From Catajapyx aquilonaris (Eukaryota), in assembly GCA_000934665.2 (NCBI GenBank), contig JYFJ02002699.1, positions 1 to 52,456 of the forward strand: 52,456 nucleotides of DNA. Direction: 5' to 3'. The translations under genes were made by a program, and so were the position numbers. How positions within the stretch are numbered: position 1 is the stretch's first letter; the number at the start of each line of letters is the position of its first letter. This document shows, piece by piece, positions 49,495 to 52,456 of the stretch. Below the pieces are notes generated by a model. It worked only from the letters and a program-made list of their open reading frames with translations, was not told the DNA's origin and ran no database searches.

Positions 49495-50922
49495 ATGAAA
49501 CTCCTGGTAAGGTACAGGGTGGTGCAAGCTGCATTTGGATGTTGTGCTATAACACTTCTTCTTCTTCCACCAGCTCATACTCGCACTTGTTGGGGCCGCC
49601 GTGGCCAAGCCCGGATTTCTGGGTGCTGTTCATGCCCCAGTGGCCCACGGGCACTATGCTGGTCCCATCCATGTACCTAACATAATCGGAGGATTCGTCG
49701 AAGACACCCCTGAAGTTAAGGCTGCCAGGGCTTCCCATCTGGCTTCACATGGACATGGTTATGCTCATGGGCATGGTTATGCTCACGGGCATGATTATGC
49801 TCACGGACATGGCTACCATGGTGCTCTGGCCGTCCCCACCGTTGTTGACGGCCATGTCGTCGACACCCCTGAAGTCGCCCATGCCAAGGCTGCCCACTTC
49901 GCCGCTCATGCTGACGAGAGGGCCCGACATGCTCATGTTGCCCCAGTGGCTCACTTCGACGGACATTACGACGGACATTACGACGGCGGACACTACGCAT
50001 ACGCTGGACACCACGGATACGCCCATGGACACGGCTACCACGGAGCTCTGGCCGTCCCCACCGTCGTCAACGGCCATGTCGTCGACACCCCCGAAGTCGC
50101 CCATGCCAAGGCTGCCCATTTCTCTGCCCACGTTGAGGAGAAGGCTCGTCACGGAATCTTCTTTGGTAATATCACTTACTTTACAATGTGTTTATTGTTG
50201 ACCAATGCTCATCTGCTGTGGTCATTTCAGGCCGCAGGAAGCGCAGCCCTGGTTTCGTTGGCGCTTACCACGCTGGTGCCTACCACGCTGGTGCTTACCA
50301 TCATGCTCCCACTCATGTTGTCAATGGCTTCGTCGAAGACACCGATGACGTGAAGGCTGCCAAGGCTGTCCACTTCGCTGCCCATGCTGAAGCTCGCGGC
50401 CACGGACTCCACCACGGTGCCCACGGATACGCCCATGGACACGGCTACCACGGCCCCCTGGCCATCCCCACCGTCGTCAACGGCCATGTCGTCGACACCC
50501 CCGAAGTCGCCCATGCCAAGTCTGCCCATTTCGCCGCCCATGCTGAGGAGAACGCCCGACATGGATTCGGTCATCACGGATACGCCCATGGACACGGCTA
50601 CCACGGACCTCTGGCCATCCCCACCGTCGTCAACGGCCATGTCGTCGACACCCCTGAGGTCGCCCATGCCAAGTCTGCCCATTTCGCCGCCCATGCTGAG
50701 GAGAACGCCCGACATGGATACGCTCATCACGGACACGCTGTGGTTGCTGCTCCTCTGGCCCATCACGGGTATGCCCACCACGGGTACGCCCATGGAGCTT
50801 ACCATGTCCCAACCGTCGTCGGCGGTTTCGTCGATGACACCCCGGAGGTTAAGGCCGCCAAGGCATCGCATTTCGCAGCGCATGTCGACGAGAAGGCCAG
50901 GCATGGCATCATCTTCGGTTAG
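49495..50922 (+). CDS. His/Ala/Gly-rich secreted cuticular protein precursor 2 (paralog of 44922-46271); exons 49495-49506, 49574-50165, 50231-50922
   Basis: [15 protein letters not shown] signal peptide; seven 18-aa motif copies; GHGYAH repeats; internal GRRKR site; same exon structure as gene 1. Confidence 0.88.
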
Positions 50923-52019
50923 AAGACTGCTCAACATTCTCGGGGAATCTCCGTATAGAAAAATGGGGGAAAAAATTCTTCTTTAAAAATGGTAAAAAAG
51001 GTAGACGAACGAACTTGTACAAAGGACTGTCAGTAGGACTCTTAGTAGGACATTTTCATACGAAAATAGCAGACGAGGATGACAATTTGCTTCTTTCTTC
51101 ACGCTTTTTATGTATAGTATCTCTGCAATGCTCGTTGTAATGTATTTTTGTAAACATTGAAGGACAAAAAATCTACAAAAAAATAAACTAAAGATACATG
51201 TACATACCAATATCATACATTTATTTTGCCAACTACTCAACTCCCATACCAACAACAACTTTACGATCATGAAATCCAGAATGAAGGGTGAGATACATGT
51301 AATTTTATGGACCCATTTTAAACGGCAAGTGCATTGTTCGCTTACTGTGGTCGGAGCTGCAACGACAAAGCCCGCATTTTTATGAGACATTAATCCGCCT
51401 AATGCTCCTGTTGGAAAGGAAGATTATTATGCGAAGTGTGTTCCACCACGCCCAAGTGAAAAAAAACATCTCATCGTCCTTATATGGTATAGCCGGCTAA
51501 CTGTAAAGCTGCTCTCATGGAGTGTCACCAGTAATGTCACCTTATATTTGCATATAAGCCCACATCTGAATTTAAGGAAGTGGGAGCTTTCACTATTAAT
51601 TTGCGGCTCACAAACAAGCTTTGCTGATCTTATTTATTTTGACTGCTATCCTTAAAGGTGAGAATAAAGTTGCAGGGTGCGGAACAATAATTATTGTAGT
51701 GAGCTTTATGGCTTTATGAGTGTTGGCAAAGCATATCAATGGTGTGGTCTATTCAGGAAGAGGCTCGCCTGCTGAAGAAGGTGGAGGTCCTTGAAGGACT
51801 CCCTGCTGGTGCTGCTGGTTTCCATTGAGTAATCTGATCTAAGAATGCGAGATAAGAAGGAGTGATTGGGTCCCAGGCAAGGTCGAATGTGCGACAACAT
51901 GAACTTCAACCCACCGCTTATGCAAATTTGGTAATCACGACTCTCAAGAGCCATTGTTGTCGGGAGTCTTAAATTGCGCATTTAATTAATGGAAATTCAC
52001 AACAACCCCTAGCTGGTAT

Positions 52020-52456
52020 TAGGGGGCACGGCAGTGCCCCCGCCAAGTTCTCGCCGTACTGCCGGACCACCTTTACCCGACACAACTCACGTCATTTTGA
52101 CCCCCTCGAATCTTCGCACTGGTGAACATACGTGGCTTCAAAATTTTTATTTGGGTAGATAAAAATCGATTAAAAATAATGCCCCCTTACTTCCATGTTC
52201 ATATCTCTTTTCATTTCCGACTTTAAAAATCCTAAAAACTCCCGAAACGGCCAAAATATGACACTCACTCACTCACTCACTCACTCACTCACTCACTCAC
52301 TCACTCACTCACTGATCATCAAAATTATACGGTACTTCCCGTGGTCCTAGGATGCTGACATTTGGTATGCTGGTAGATCTTGTCAAACAAACACCAGAAT
52401 AAATCTGAAAACGGCACTTTTTTGAGTCTAAATGCTCAAAAAAAATTATTTTCGCG
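52020..52456. mobile_element. Probable non-autonomous Helentron/DINE-1(HINE)-like element, truncated by the window edge
   Basis: Terminal GC hairpin GGGGGCAC-GGCA-GTGCCCCC (52022-52041) plus an internal (ACTC)n microsatellite, the combination typical of these elements; no coding sequence. Confidence 0.5.
52262..52313. repeat. (CACT)n tetranucleotide microsatellite, about 13 units
   Basis: cactcactcact... uninterrupted. Confidence 0.92.

Noticed and set aside
44975..50986. Long antisense and alternative-frame ORFs over the cuticle genes (e.g. 44975-45736 -, 50227-50937 -, Met/Pro/Ser-rich + frames)
   Set aside because: Shadows of repetitive, codon-biased His/Ala/Gly coding sequence; no independent motifs or splice logic.

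Overview
Compact, intron-containing arthropod genomic DNA (pancrustacean-like; many 50-70 nt introns), not prokaryotic. Eight protein-coding genes were rebuilt by hand from splice sites. Minus strand: a BOD1-family gene (probably running off the left edge), ebony (NRPS-like beta-alanyl-amine synthetase), abLIM/unc-115 and trabid/ZRANB1. Plus strand: NELF-A (divergent from trabid), a portabella-like SLC18 vesicular transporter, and two tandem His-rich 18-residue-motif cuticle-protein genes. Four short MITE-like foldback elements and a probable Helentron/DINE-1-like element at the right edge are also present. Main observations: (1) both cuticle genes look like two-module polyproteins with neuropeptide-style processing signals (Gly followed by a furin site, then an X-Pro dipeptide; all four modules end in Gly); (2) a third, gene-less copy of the cuticle promoter; (3) a pair of 98-nt mutually exclusive exons, a Lys-rich alternative first exon and a GC-AG intron in abLIM; (4) a tandem quadruplication of the NELF-A exon 2/intron junction that creates a candidate poison micro-exon. 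All gene names come from recognised motifs, not database searches; exon boundaries are manual predictions.
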